Shown here: in pieces, positions 35,116 to 45,627 of the stretch
Numbering within the stretch: the first letter of the stretch is position 1
How the letters are laid out: each line of letters starts with the position of its first letter
Assembly: GCA_001600815.1 (NCBI GenBank)
Contig: BCKZ01000006.1
Coordinates: forward strand, 310,001 to 374,000
DNA: 64,000 nucleotides
Direction: 5' to 3'
From: Alloascoidea hylecoeti
Taxonomy: Eukaryota
Translations under genes and position numbers: made by a program
Notes under the pieces: model-generated
Database searches by the model: none
Told to the model about the DNA's origin: nothing
The model's input: only the letters and a program-made list of their open reading frames with translations

Positions 35116-35814
35116 CTAAGCTTCTAGTATTGTTTCTGACATGGTATTAATTTTATTACCATTAAAATTTCTAGGTGATATTCCAAAATATTTCCGTAGG
35201 TACCAAACATTATCTCCCCTAATATACAACAAACCATCTTGAACCAATCCAGAAGCCAAACCCAAGATAAGCCCCGTCTTCATATAGTTTAACGTCTGGT
35301 ACCTAGATAATCTGGTAATTCTTGCATACGTCCAACCAACCACGGTAGTTGAAATAGCAGTTGAAGTGAAATCAATACCTCCTTTTAAATGATCAATTAA
35401 GGCTTCTAAACCAAAGAATAAACCACAATAAGAGGTCACTTTTAAAGAAGTTTTAGCGCCCTGGATCATTCCATTTCTGACTAGAACATAATTTTTCCTT
35501 TTATGGTAAAAATACCAACCTTTCATTGAAGTTGGTAATCTATGAGCATTTTCAGCTAAGAATTGTAAGCTTGATTTTTTAGTACCATCATATGTTCCTG
35601 CGACACCACCAATTAAGGAGGCAGATGCTAAAATTATTGAAACTCTATAAATTGGATTTATGTGAAATCTTTGATTTTCATGAGCAAATGAAGAATCATC
35701 CTGTGCCATTGCTACTTGTGGGATATTTGCAGCATGTTCATTTAGCTCCTTTAGTTCACTTAAGTCCTTCTGTTCAGTTGGTTCTTTTAATTGTTTTGGC
35801 TCTTTGGAAGACAT
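35116..35814 (-). CDS. Uncharacterised fungal membrane protein, Tim17/22/23-like fold
   Basis: QFLAENAHRLPTSMKGWYFYHKRKNY motif plus four Gly-rich hydrophobic helices. Confidence 0.7.
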   Translation of the reverse strand: MSSKEPKQLKEPTEQKDLSELKELNEHAANIPQVAMAQDDSSFAHENQRFHINPIYRVSIILASASLIGGVAGTYDGTKKSSLQFLAENAHRLPTSMKGWYFYHKRKNYVLVRNGMIQGAKTSLKVTSYCGLFFGLEALIDHLKGGIDFTSTAISTTVVGWTYARITRLSRYQTLNYMKTGLILGLASGLVQDGLLYIRGDNVWYLRKYFGISPRNFNGNKINTMSETILEA

Positions 35815-36074
35815 TTTGGGATTGATTATCTTATTGTTAATAAAAGAGTTGGTTTTGATTGAAGCACGTGATATATATATATATATATGGCAGGGTAACG
35901 TTTATGTAGAGGTTTAATTCTTGTTGAAATTGGATCTCTTACTAACGTTAACGTATTTTTCTCCGGTTGGGAAATTCCTGTTTTGTTTGAGGTATGTCCG
36001 GAAGGGACAATGATTCAAAGTTCTCTCTGCCTTTTAAAGTGGCAGGATTAAAGATATTATAGGGTATATTCTAA

Positions 36075-36262
36075 TAATAATGATGATTTTCTTATGACCC
36101 CTCATGACTTAATACGCACCGTTTTATAAAAGAAAATGTTAATATGTTTAAATTGAAAATTAATTAACAGGCCTATTTACAATAAATTGAGTTTTTTATC
36201 TCTGTAAAACTATATCATTTAATTAAGAAGTCCTGGGAGTATTCATTTGATTCTGAATTTAC
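36075..36262 (+). repeat. Left arm of a ~190-bp inverted repeat (partner 39325-39515)
   Basis: Manual alignment shows long exact stretches, with about 8 substitutions and 2 small indels. Confidence 0.92.
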
Positions 36263-36508
36263 ATGTAACGAGGTGGATTATGTTATTGCTAATTTAGGGA
36301 TCAACTGTGGATCTTTTTTGACAATTTTACTACTAAAAACTTAACCCATTCAGCCAGCTATGAACGTATATCAACTTATAAAACTAAGAAATTAATGACT
36401 GTAAATAGAATAAAAATAGAAATAGTTTAATACTCATCATCATAACATCCGTACATACAGCTATTATAACTTCTGTTTCCATTTATATGCTCATCCTATT
36501 TGTGTGTC

Positions 36509-38464
36509 ATGACTTTTACAATATCTCCTAAAAATGAGGAAATAGGGACTGATGATTCTAGTTCGGATTTGCAATCCACCAATGATACTACTGAAAACAC
36601 CACGGTGTCTAATAATGCTAAAGATAATGAGGATACATCTATGTATGCTGAATCTAATGAAAGTTCAATAATTGAAAGAGATTCAAGAGAAGGAACTATG
36701 AAGGATGATGATGATAAACGGGAACAGGAACAGGAACAGGAACTACTAAATGATGAACTTGGACATCGACATGAACATGATGATGCCCTTAATAATAACA
36801 ATAATAATAAGGAAGAGGAAGAGGAAGATGAAGATATGGATGAGAATGAAGAAGGAAAACAACAAGAAGAAGAAGATCAAAATTTTAGTCTTGATAATGA
36901 TCACGAAGAAGAAGAAAATTCGGATGATGATAATTACGAACCTCGCGTTTTTTGTGCACCATATCATCCACCACATCCAGCTAGAAGAGCACTAGCAAAT
37001 TCAAAGGTTTTAGATGCTGGAATATACACAACAAATCAACTTGATTCTGAAAATTTAGAATATTTAACAACCGATTCTGATTTAAATGGTGAGCAAAAAA
37101 TTGATTCATTTGGTAGATTAAAAAATGGTAGAAAATATAGAATTCATTGTTTTAATTTACCAAAAAGAGGTAAGAAATTGTTTTTTTTGGCAACTGAAAC
37201 AGCAAAAGAATTAAATTTTAGAGATTCTTATTTATTATTTCATAAAAATAAATCGTTATTTAAAGTTATCGCAACAGATGAAGAGAAACAATTTTTAATT
37301 TCAAATAATTTAATACCGAATGCTTTTAGATCTAGAAGTATTGCTTTGGTCACTTCAAGATCCATTTTTGTTTTATTTGGATGTAGAATTATTTATCAAG
37401 GTAAAAGAGTTACAGATGATTATTGGGAGACAAAAGCTCGACAACAAGGATTTATTGAAGGTGAACCTGTTGATAGAAAACCAATAAAATCTACTCACAA
37501 CACCAATAATTTACATCGTGATTCAGGTCCTGGTGGTTCAAATGTAGGATATACGAATTCATATGATTATGGAACGGGTACTGGATCTCCAAAAGGTTAT
37601 GAAGAATATGGTCCTGGTCATTTACGCCATAGTGCAAGAAATAGTGATTTTGGATTAACAATATCTGATCGTGTTATATTAAATTCACCAATGACTACTG
37701 GAGGTTCATCATTGTTAAATAATGGCTTAATAGGAGGTGGTGGAATTGATAATCATATCTTTGTAGCTGGTAAATCAATTCGTGGAGGATTTGAATTTTT
37801 GAGAACAGGACCAAAATATAAACAATTAATTAATGATTTACAAAAAAGTAATAACAATGAAAATAATATATCACTGAATGAAGATTCAATATATATTGAT
37901 AAATGGAATAGAAATTTAAATCCTGGTATACCAAGAGTTACACCTGATAGGATTGAAATGTTAAAAGCATCATCACCATCATCTTTACCAAAAGAATTAT
38001 CATATATTGAAACGATACATAGTGCTGCTGAATTCAATTGGTTTTTAAATGCAAATCGAAATCTTAGAAATGAAGCATGGAAAGAATATTATCGATTTGA
38101 AACATTACAAGATCAATTACAACAACAACAACAACAACAACCGAATAATATAAATAATATAAATAATAACATAGATGATTCAATTAATGATGAATCAAAT
38201 CCAATACCTGGTGTAACAACAGCAGTTACAATATCTGCATTTCATGATAGGAAAAATTCAAAAAGTTTATCTCCTATAATAACGACATCCGGTATAAATA
38301 CAGGAAATACTGGTGATGGAAGTAATACAGGAACACCAAAAGTTGGGCATAGAGTATTGTCTAATACTGGTGGTGGTATTTCAAAAAAGAAAATGAAGAG
38401 AAAGGGAAATCCAAATAGTTTATTTAAAAATAATTTTCAATTTATAAAGCCTAGTTTTGTTTGA
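36509..38464 (+). CDS. NPL6: RSC/SWI-SNF subunit Npl6/Rsc7 family
   Basis: GEQKIDSFGRLKNGRKY...LNFRDSYLLFHKNKSL...RSRSIALVTSRSIFVLFGCRIIYQGKRVTDDYWE (CRC subunit domain); first ATG at 36509. Confidence 0.85.
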   Translation: MTFTISPKNEEIGTDDSSSDLQSTNDTTENTTVSNNAKDNEDTSMYAESNESSIIERDSREGTMKDDDDKREQEQEQELLNDELGHRHEHDDALNNNNNNKEEEEEDEDMDENEEGKQQEEEDQNFSLDNDHEEEENSDDDNYEPRVFCAPYHPPHPARRALANSKVLDAGIYTTNQLDSENLEYLTTDSDLNGEQKIDSFGRLKNGRKYRIHCFNLPKRGKKLFFLATETAKELNFRDSYLLFHKNKSLFKVIATDEEKQFLISNNLIPNAFRSRSIALVTSRSIFVLFGCRIIYQGKRVTDDYWETKARQQGFIEGEPVDRKPIKSTHNTNNLHRDSGPGGSNVGYTNSYDYGTGTGSPKGYEEYGPGHLRHSARNSDFGLTISDRVILNSPMTTGGSSLLNNGLIGGGGIDNHIFVAGKSIRGGFEFLRTGPKYKQLINDLQKSNNNENNISLNEDSIYIDKWNRNLNPGIPRVTPDRIEMLKASSPSSLPKELSYIETIHSAAEFNWFLNANRNLRNEAWKEYYRFETLQDQLQQQQQQQPNNINNINNNIDDSINDESNPIPGVTTAVTISAFHDRKNSKSLSPIITTSGINTGNTGDGSNTGTPKVGHRVLSNTGGGISKKKMKRKGNPNSLFKNNFQFIKPSFV

Positions 38465-38646
38465 AGTAAAACAATTAATATTGGGAGGAAAAACGATATG
38501 CAATTTCAGGTTAAGATATAATATATATATAATATAAAGTAATAAAGTAATGAATATAATATTCATTTATTTATACCCATAGCCTCCTCTTTATTTCGTT
38601 AATATTTAGGAGTTTTTAATTAATTTATTGTATTTGGTTAATTTTA

Positions 38647-39090
38647 TTAACATTCAGTGCATTGTTTATCTTCCTTCCACTTAATATCATTTTCAACTTT
38701 CTTTTGTCGAGGATCAACTGTAACTAAACCAGTTTCATCAATATTTTTTCTTTCTGTTGATTTCCCATTATGATCAGAATGACCTAGATTCTTTTCAGGA
38801 AAGAAAGAATTTCTAACTCTTTGCTTTAATATTTTTGAATCAGGAAATCCTCCATCTGTTTTACGTTCCCAAAGAATAATTATATCACTATTTATATCTT
38901 TTTGTCCTTTGATTATAAATGTTCCTGATATTGAAGAGGCAGTTAATGCTACTTCACCAAGTTGAGAACCAAAAGTTGACAATAATTCTTGTAAATACCA
39001 CGAGGCCCGTAGATTCCACTTACATTTCTCACAAAAGGATATTGATATTCTTGGATAATGAACAGAATCTGAAGTCATGTTTATAAACAT
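38647..39090 (-). CDS. Rdx (SelT/SelW/SelH-like) thioredoxin-fold protein, Cys form
   Basis: PRISISFCEKCKWNLRASWYLQELLSTF...LWERKTDGGFPDSKILKQRVR...LGHSD. Confidence 0.9.
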   Translation of the reverse strand: MFINMTSDSVHYPRISISFCEKCKWNLRASWYLQELLSTFGSQLGEVALTASSISGTFIIKGQKDINSDIIILWERKTDGGFPDSKILKQRVRNSFFPEKNLGHSDHNGKSTERKNIDETGLVTVDPRQKKVENDIKWKEDKQCTEC

Positions 39091-39324
39091 TTTGAATTGA
39101 AAAATTTAAGATTTATACATAAAAACATCCATACATTTCATTACTATAATCATGCATATCTCATATAGCCCTATACCTGGTAAATATATACGATAGACAA
39201 AGTAAACATCCTTTTCAATTCCAATCAAAGTAATTAAATGTATTGCGATGACCTTGGGGAAAATGAGGTTGAATTGTCACTAAAAACCTTCCGAATCGAT
39301 CCGCCCACGGCTCATTCTAAAGAA

Positions 39325-39515
39325 GTAAATTCAGAATCAAATGAATACTCCCAAGACTTATTAATTAAATGATATAGTTTTACAGAGATAAAAAACTCAA
39401 TTTATTGTAAATAGGCCTGTTAATTAATTTTCAATTTAAACATATTATCATTCATTTTCTTTTATAAAACGGTGCGTATTAAGTCATAAGGGCCAAAAGA
39501 AAATCATCATCATTA
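39325..39515 (-). repeat. Right arm of the ~190-bp inverted repeat (partner 36075-36262)
   Basis: Reverse complement matches the left arm. Confidence 0.92.
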
Positions 39516-39932
39516 ATGTGGATCTTTTCGGCGATTGAGATACATGAGATTACTTTCATAGCTAATAAAAAGGTTATAAGAAGAATGGGAGTGAAGCTAG
39601 CTTTGGAAGATTTTATAATTATCACTAAACTCCAACAGGTTATTAAATTAATAAATTTACTATCATATATTTAAATATATAGTTCAACCCAGGAAATACT
39701 TGGTAATGAATATTAAGGGGTATTTTGGATTAAACAGGCTAAATTAATAAAAGAAAATAATCTCAGATAATGGGACCCAATTCATATCCAAAGAATTTCA
39801 AAACAATCTTGATTGAGAATTGGAGGGACATTAAATTTAAAAGGTAAGCCATGTTACCCTGCCAGTTGTAGCGTAGCTGTTTTGTTGTTGTTTTGGGCCG
39901 TGAAGCCTCCTAAATTATATTCCCAAATTTAA

Positions 39933-42900
39933 ATGTCCTCCTTCGATCAAAATTTCTGGTCTTCTGACTATAATTCAGGTATGTATTCATGTATTCGGTA
40001 GATGTATAGTATAAATCTGTTTTACCTCCGCTTTATTTCTTGTTTCATGATTCATTTAAGATCATATTTGTGTAGTTACCTTCTGGAATCCTCTTTTCAC
40101 TGTTTTTGGATTTGCACTGTTTACTTTTTTTCTGCTATTATATAAAATTATCTAACCTTTGAATCAATAGGACTTGATGTTTTATATTCTAAGCTATACC
40201 AAGGGTGTAATGAAAATAATGAATTCTTATCTTTATTTGCGTCTCGTTTGGATGCTGAACTGAAATATGGTAATTTATTAAACGCTATACCATCTTCAAA
40301 TATACCAAAAAATAACGGTTTTGCAAAAGATGATGGTGCTAGCTTAAAAACCTCTTTTATTGGTATAAATGAAGAAATGGGTAGAGAAGGTAATTTACAT
40401 TTAAAAGTTGCCGAGTCAATCTCAAATCTAATTATTAAACCTTTTACTCAATGGAGCTTTGAAAATAAACAGAGAATTGATTATAGCTCTTCTCTTTTAA
40501 AAAATATGATTAAACAGTATCTTAGACATGAAAATGAAACTGATAAATCAAAAAAGAAATATTTCAATAAGTGTAGGGTATTAGAAGAAGAACGTACCAA
40601 TTTACAAGAAGAAGAAGAAGAAGCTAAAAAAGAAGAACTTAATAATACTCCTTCTTCTGCAACAACTGCAGTTGATGAAAGAGATCAATCTCCTGGTATA
40701 TTAGCAAAAATGGACGGTCAACATCAAAATTCTGATGATGAAAGTTATGATTCAGACGATGATGATTTTGAAGTAACCCAATTTGGTAGTATACAATTTG
40801 ATTCGAAACATTTAAAAGAATTATTCATTAAAATGTTAGATGAAATCCCAATGAACCCATATAAAATCCCAATACTTGGTACCTATGAAAATGTTTCCCT
40901 TGGTACTGATATTATGTCTTGGATACAAGGAAATACAGGTCTAACAAAGATTAGTGACGCTGAATCTTTTGGTCAAGACCTAGCCAATAAAGGCTATTTA
41001 AGATTAGTTGGCCAAGTTGGTAATAATTTTGCAAATAGTTCGAATTTACATTATCAATGGAAAAATCAAGCATTCATAACTGCTGGTAAACAACAATCTA
41101 TTTCTTTAACTGTTGGTACTTATTTTGAAGGTGTTATAAACACAACAAAAGGTATTCATAATGGTGTACCCGAAACCTTAATTCAAAAATTAACAAGAGA
41201 AGTTTCTGAGCTTGAAAATAAATATGAAAATGATGTTGAAAAATTAGATGATTTAAGATGTGATTTAGAAGAAAATATTAGTGAACATTTAAAATTTTTT
41301 GAAAAATGTGAATTAGATCGTTTAAGAATTTTAAAACAATCTGTATCTGATTTTACTGCAATTGTTGGGAATAATGTTTCAAGTTTAAAATCTGTTGTTG
41401 ATAAATTAATGCTTTATGAAGAAACAATTAAACCTGAAAATGATTTATCATTTTTATTACAAAATTATCATACTGGTGCTTTCGTACCAAAAGTTACAAT
41501 ATTTGATAATTATTATCAAGTTACTGCTTGGAAAATATTTGGTACAGCAATTGAAACAAGATGTAGAACTGATAAGAAAAATGTTCCATTAATAATTTCT
41601 GCAATTTTAAGTTATATGGATAGTATTTATCCAATTATGAAAAATGATAGTGAAAGACAAAATGTTTGGTTATTACATCCAAAATTAAAAGATGTTCATT
41701 TATTAAGAAAAAGTTTGAATAAAAATGAATTAATTACAAGGGAAAAGTTAGTAGATTATGATCCAATTATTATAACATCAGTTTTGAAACTATACCTTTT
41801 AGAATTACCTGACTCTTTAATACCATCTGATTTGTATGATGTTTTCAGAACAATTTATTCACAATATGGTAATAATGGTTTGGATTCACCTAATGATTCA
41901 AGTAATGGAAATGATCAAACACAACTTCGTTTATCTGCTATACAAAATACCTTAGCTGCCTTGCCAAAATGCAATATTGCAACATTGGATTCAATTGCAA
42001 GACATTTTACACGATTAATTAAAATTATCAAATTACCAATCAGCTCTTCATCAACTGTTGGTGGATCTAATTCTGATCAAAGTATTCCAGAGAAACAAGA
42101 AGAATCTCAATTAAAAGGAATTGATATTTTTAAAAATAGAATTGCACAGGAATTTTCAATGTGCATTATTAGGCCAAAGATTCAAACTAATATAACATTA
42201 GGTGATAAACATGGTAGTAAATTGATGATCGATATATTAAATTATAGAGAAATCATTTTTGCTGATTTAAGAAGAAGAGGATCTTCTAGAAAATCGTCAA
42301 GAACTTCTTCAAGAGTTTCATCTGGTGTTTTAAATAGTTTTAACGATGGTAGAGTTTTATCTGGTTCTGGTTTAATATCCGCAAGTAAATTTTCAATGCT
42401 ACAACCACATCCTGCTATACCTCCAAAAGTTCAAGAACAATTTGAAGCTCCAATTCATACAGCAAAGTCAAATGATTCATTAGGTTCCTCTGACAGTGGA
42501 AATTCACCGTCGTCTAGTCTTAATAGAGTAGCTGCGCTACAGGCAAGATTAAAAGAAGCTGTTAGTGTTGCATCAAGAACAAGCCCTAAGCAGCCAGGAA
42601 TGATGAAAAGATTCTCACAATCTTCTGTTGTGACAACAAATACACCAATTATACCACAAGGTGTTAGGCATTCAAAAACACAATCTTTTGCTTCTTCAAA
42701 CTCTCTTCCTGAAATTCAAATACCACCAAATGAGGATTTTGTTTTTAGTAATAATAGGACATCAATAAAAAATCTTAGATATAACTCAACGTCATCATTG
42801 ATAACAACAGAGGATGATAAAGCTGAAACATCAGCTAAATTAGCGTCAGTTCAAAAAGCAAAAATAAAAGTTGATGACAAAGTTTCACCATCAAAATTAT

Positions 42901-43583
42901 CAGAAGGAACAAAACAATTAGACAAATCCTCCTCCTCATCATTAACGACAGAGGATGAAAAGTCAGCATTATCATCGGATCAAAAGATAAAAATAAAAAT
43001 TGAAGATAAGGTTTCACCATTAAGAATACCAGAGGGAACAAAAAAATTAGAAACATCATCTCTACAATTTTCGTTTGATCCACAAGAAAAAGAAAACAAT
43101 AATTTGAGTACTTGTATCTCTCCTGGCTTGAGATTACAATTGAATTCGGATTCTGAAATCAATGAATCCACAGATTCATTTGTATCAGTACCTTCATCTA
43201 TAAGCCCACCGAGAACTGGTTCATACTCAAATCCGAATCCAAATTCAAATTCGAATAGTGAACAATATAAACTTCCCACTGAGAATCCTAAAATAGAAGA
43301 TGAATCAATAACGCCAGCATATGTCCCCAAACGTCGTTCAACAAATCTTACTCCTAGAATTGATAAAAATGGTAATATCATACTAGTTAACACAACAACT
43401 GGGGAAGTAACAAGTCCAACTAAAAAATCATCATCATCATCAATAACCTCAAGTCCCAGGTTAAAACCTTCTATTTCGCCGTTAAAAAGATCGACTAAAT
43501 ATGGCAGTCCCGAAAGATCATCGAGGTTTGATCGCGATAGCAAGTCAAGACATGATTCTTCTAATCCTATTGTTATTGATTAA
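39933..43583 (+). CDS. RGD2: F-BAR/DEP/RhoGAP protein; intron 39979-40170
   Basis: Exon 1 MSSFDQNFWSSDYNS spliced (GTATGT...CTAAC...TAG) to GLDVLYSKLYQGCNEN. Also contains DEP-like FGQDLANKGYLRLVGQVGNNF and RhoGAP SVLKLYLLELPDSLIP. Confidence 0.88.
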
Positions 43584-44212
43584 TATCAAAAGATGATAAA
43601 ACAGTAAAACCAAATAAGTATATGATGAAAATGTGCGTTTTGCAATTGTTTTGTTTTACTTTTTTATATTTCATTTGTTCATTTTAAAAGCTTTGTTTTT
43701 TTTTATCTTATTGGTCTTCTATGCAATCGTTATATATTTATTACTGTTGTTTTTGCATTGCACTGAGAAATTCAGCGATTATATTATACTAGGAATATTA
43801 ATAAACATTATATAGATAACTATAACTACATTATAAGGGCTTATATTGTAAATACAAGAAAACTTAAGCTTGAAAAATATATCCCAGAGGGTATGGGAGT
43901 AGAGATGGAAATTGAAGGTTTAACTATTGGTATAGGCTATTATATATCTTATATTATAATATTCTCTTGTTCGTTATTCAATTTATACTCTATATCTATA
44001 ATTTTTAAAAGTAATAGTCTTTCGTTTCTGTTGAATAATTTCTTTCAATTTAAATACTGAGTTACAAGCTTTTATTTTAGTAGTAGTGTTATAACTTATA
44101 AATGTATCTTTTATATATTGTTATGCTACAAATTAGTTAATGATTATAAGTAAACTATAACTTGTAGGTGTTGTACTTTGGTTTTATACATAGCTATCTG
44201 CATTAATATAAA

Positions 44213-45443
44213 TCACTCATCATCCATTGTGTTGATGAAACTATAGATGGTATCAACAAATTCTTTAGGTTTTTCCGCAATTACTATATCATAAGTAAAA
44301 GTGACGGGTCAGTAAATTATTGTAGTAAAATCCTTAAAATGATAATGGAAAGCACTTACTCCAATGTCCCCCTTCAATATCACGAACTTGGAAATTAGGG
44401 AAATACTGTCCAATTATTGGTAATGTCTCATCAGCAGTACTATAAATGTTAAGTGTTAGTCATTTCTAGTTATTTCTAAATATTAAATTCAAATGTATTC
44501 CTTACTATTTTGATTTTGTTCCTCTGATAAACAAAGAAGGTCTCGAGAAAATAGCCTCATTAGGCAAAAAGGGCCACCCAGCAATGTGATCTAACCATTT
44601 TCCAATGACATCCACAGGAATCTTGAATTGATAATCAGCCCTTTTACCTTCATTATCTCTTGTCTGTGTACAATTCATCATTAGAAATTGCTGTATGGAT
44701 ACATTTTCTTCAACTTCTTTTAAGATATTAGTTGCTTCCTTTTTAGAAGAAATATTACCATGATTAATCTTCTTCATCTGTGATATATATTGACCAAATT
44801 TCATACTGGCTTGAGCATCAATGGGTGCATTTTCAACAACAATAAGATATTTAATTAATTTTTTACTCGGTCTTAAAGACATTGACATTGCAACTTTACC
44901 GCCCATAGAATGACCGATTACAATGACTTCTTTCAATCCTTCGTCTTTTATAAATTGTTCAACATCCGCAGCCATAGCTCCATAATCCATCCTTTCTGAA
45001 TGTGGACTATCACCATGATTTCTTAGGTCAAGACAATAAATATCACAATTTAATAAAGTTGATAATTCTTTACTGACTGTTCGGTTATTTGATTTACTAC
45101 CAAATAATCCATGCAAAAATATTATTGGAGTTTTTATTGGTTTTTCACTATTTGATAAAAACAGCATATCATCATGATTTATAAAACCACAATCCGGTTT
45201 ATGTTTTTCGAATGCTAATTTGACAACCGGAATATCAGGAGAAAATTTCTCTTTATTGTAATCATGATTTGAAAATATTGGACTATTTAAGGGAATTGAA
45301 CTTGTATGGAATTGTACACTATTAACCTGCAATTGGGGTATTGATATACTTTGATTTATTGCCGGAACCAGTGACCGTATGAGCATTGGGGATAAATTAC
45401 TTCCGGCCTTAAGAATGCTACTTCTAGAAATTCCTCTGATCAT
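44213..45443 (-). CDS. Mitochondrial alpha/beta hydrolase (Imo32/Eat1/ABHD11 family), 3 exons
   Basis: FLHGLFGS, DLRNHGDSPH, GHSMGGK. Introns 44440-44505 and 44284-44359 restore ...RGTKSKY...GGHWIIAEKPKEF with the catalytic His. Confidence 0.9.
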
Positions 45444-45627
45444 TTCTTATTATATACTAAAATACCGGAGTACTAAACATTTCATTTCCTTGTTCTTGAA
45501 CATTATAAGGTTTAAATAGATTTGTTACCCGGATTAATGTACAATTTATCGATATCTATTTCGCTTTTCTTCGAAAACGTTAATATGTTAACTAAATAAT
45601 ATAAATACTATTCTGATATATTACATA

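Noticed and set aside
38647..39090. Selenoprotein (Sec) recoding in the Rdx-family gene
   Set aside because: The motif is CxxC with ordinary Cys codons, the stop is TAA and there is no in-frame TGA.
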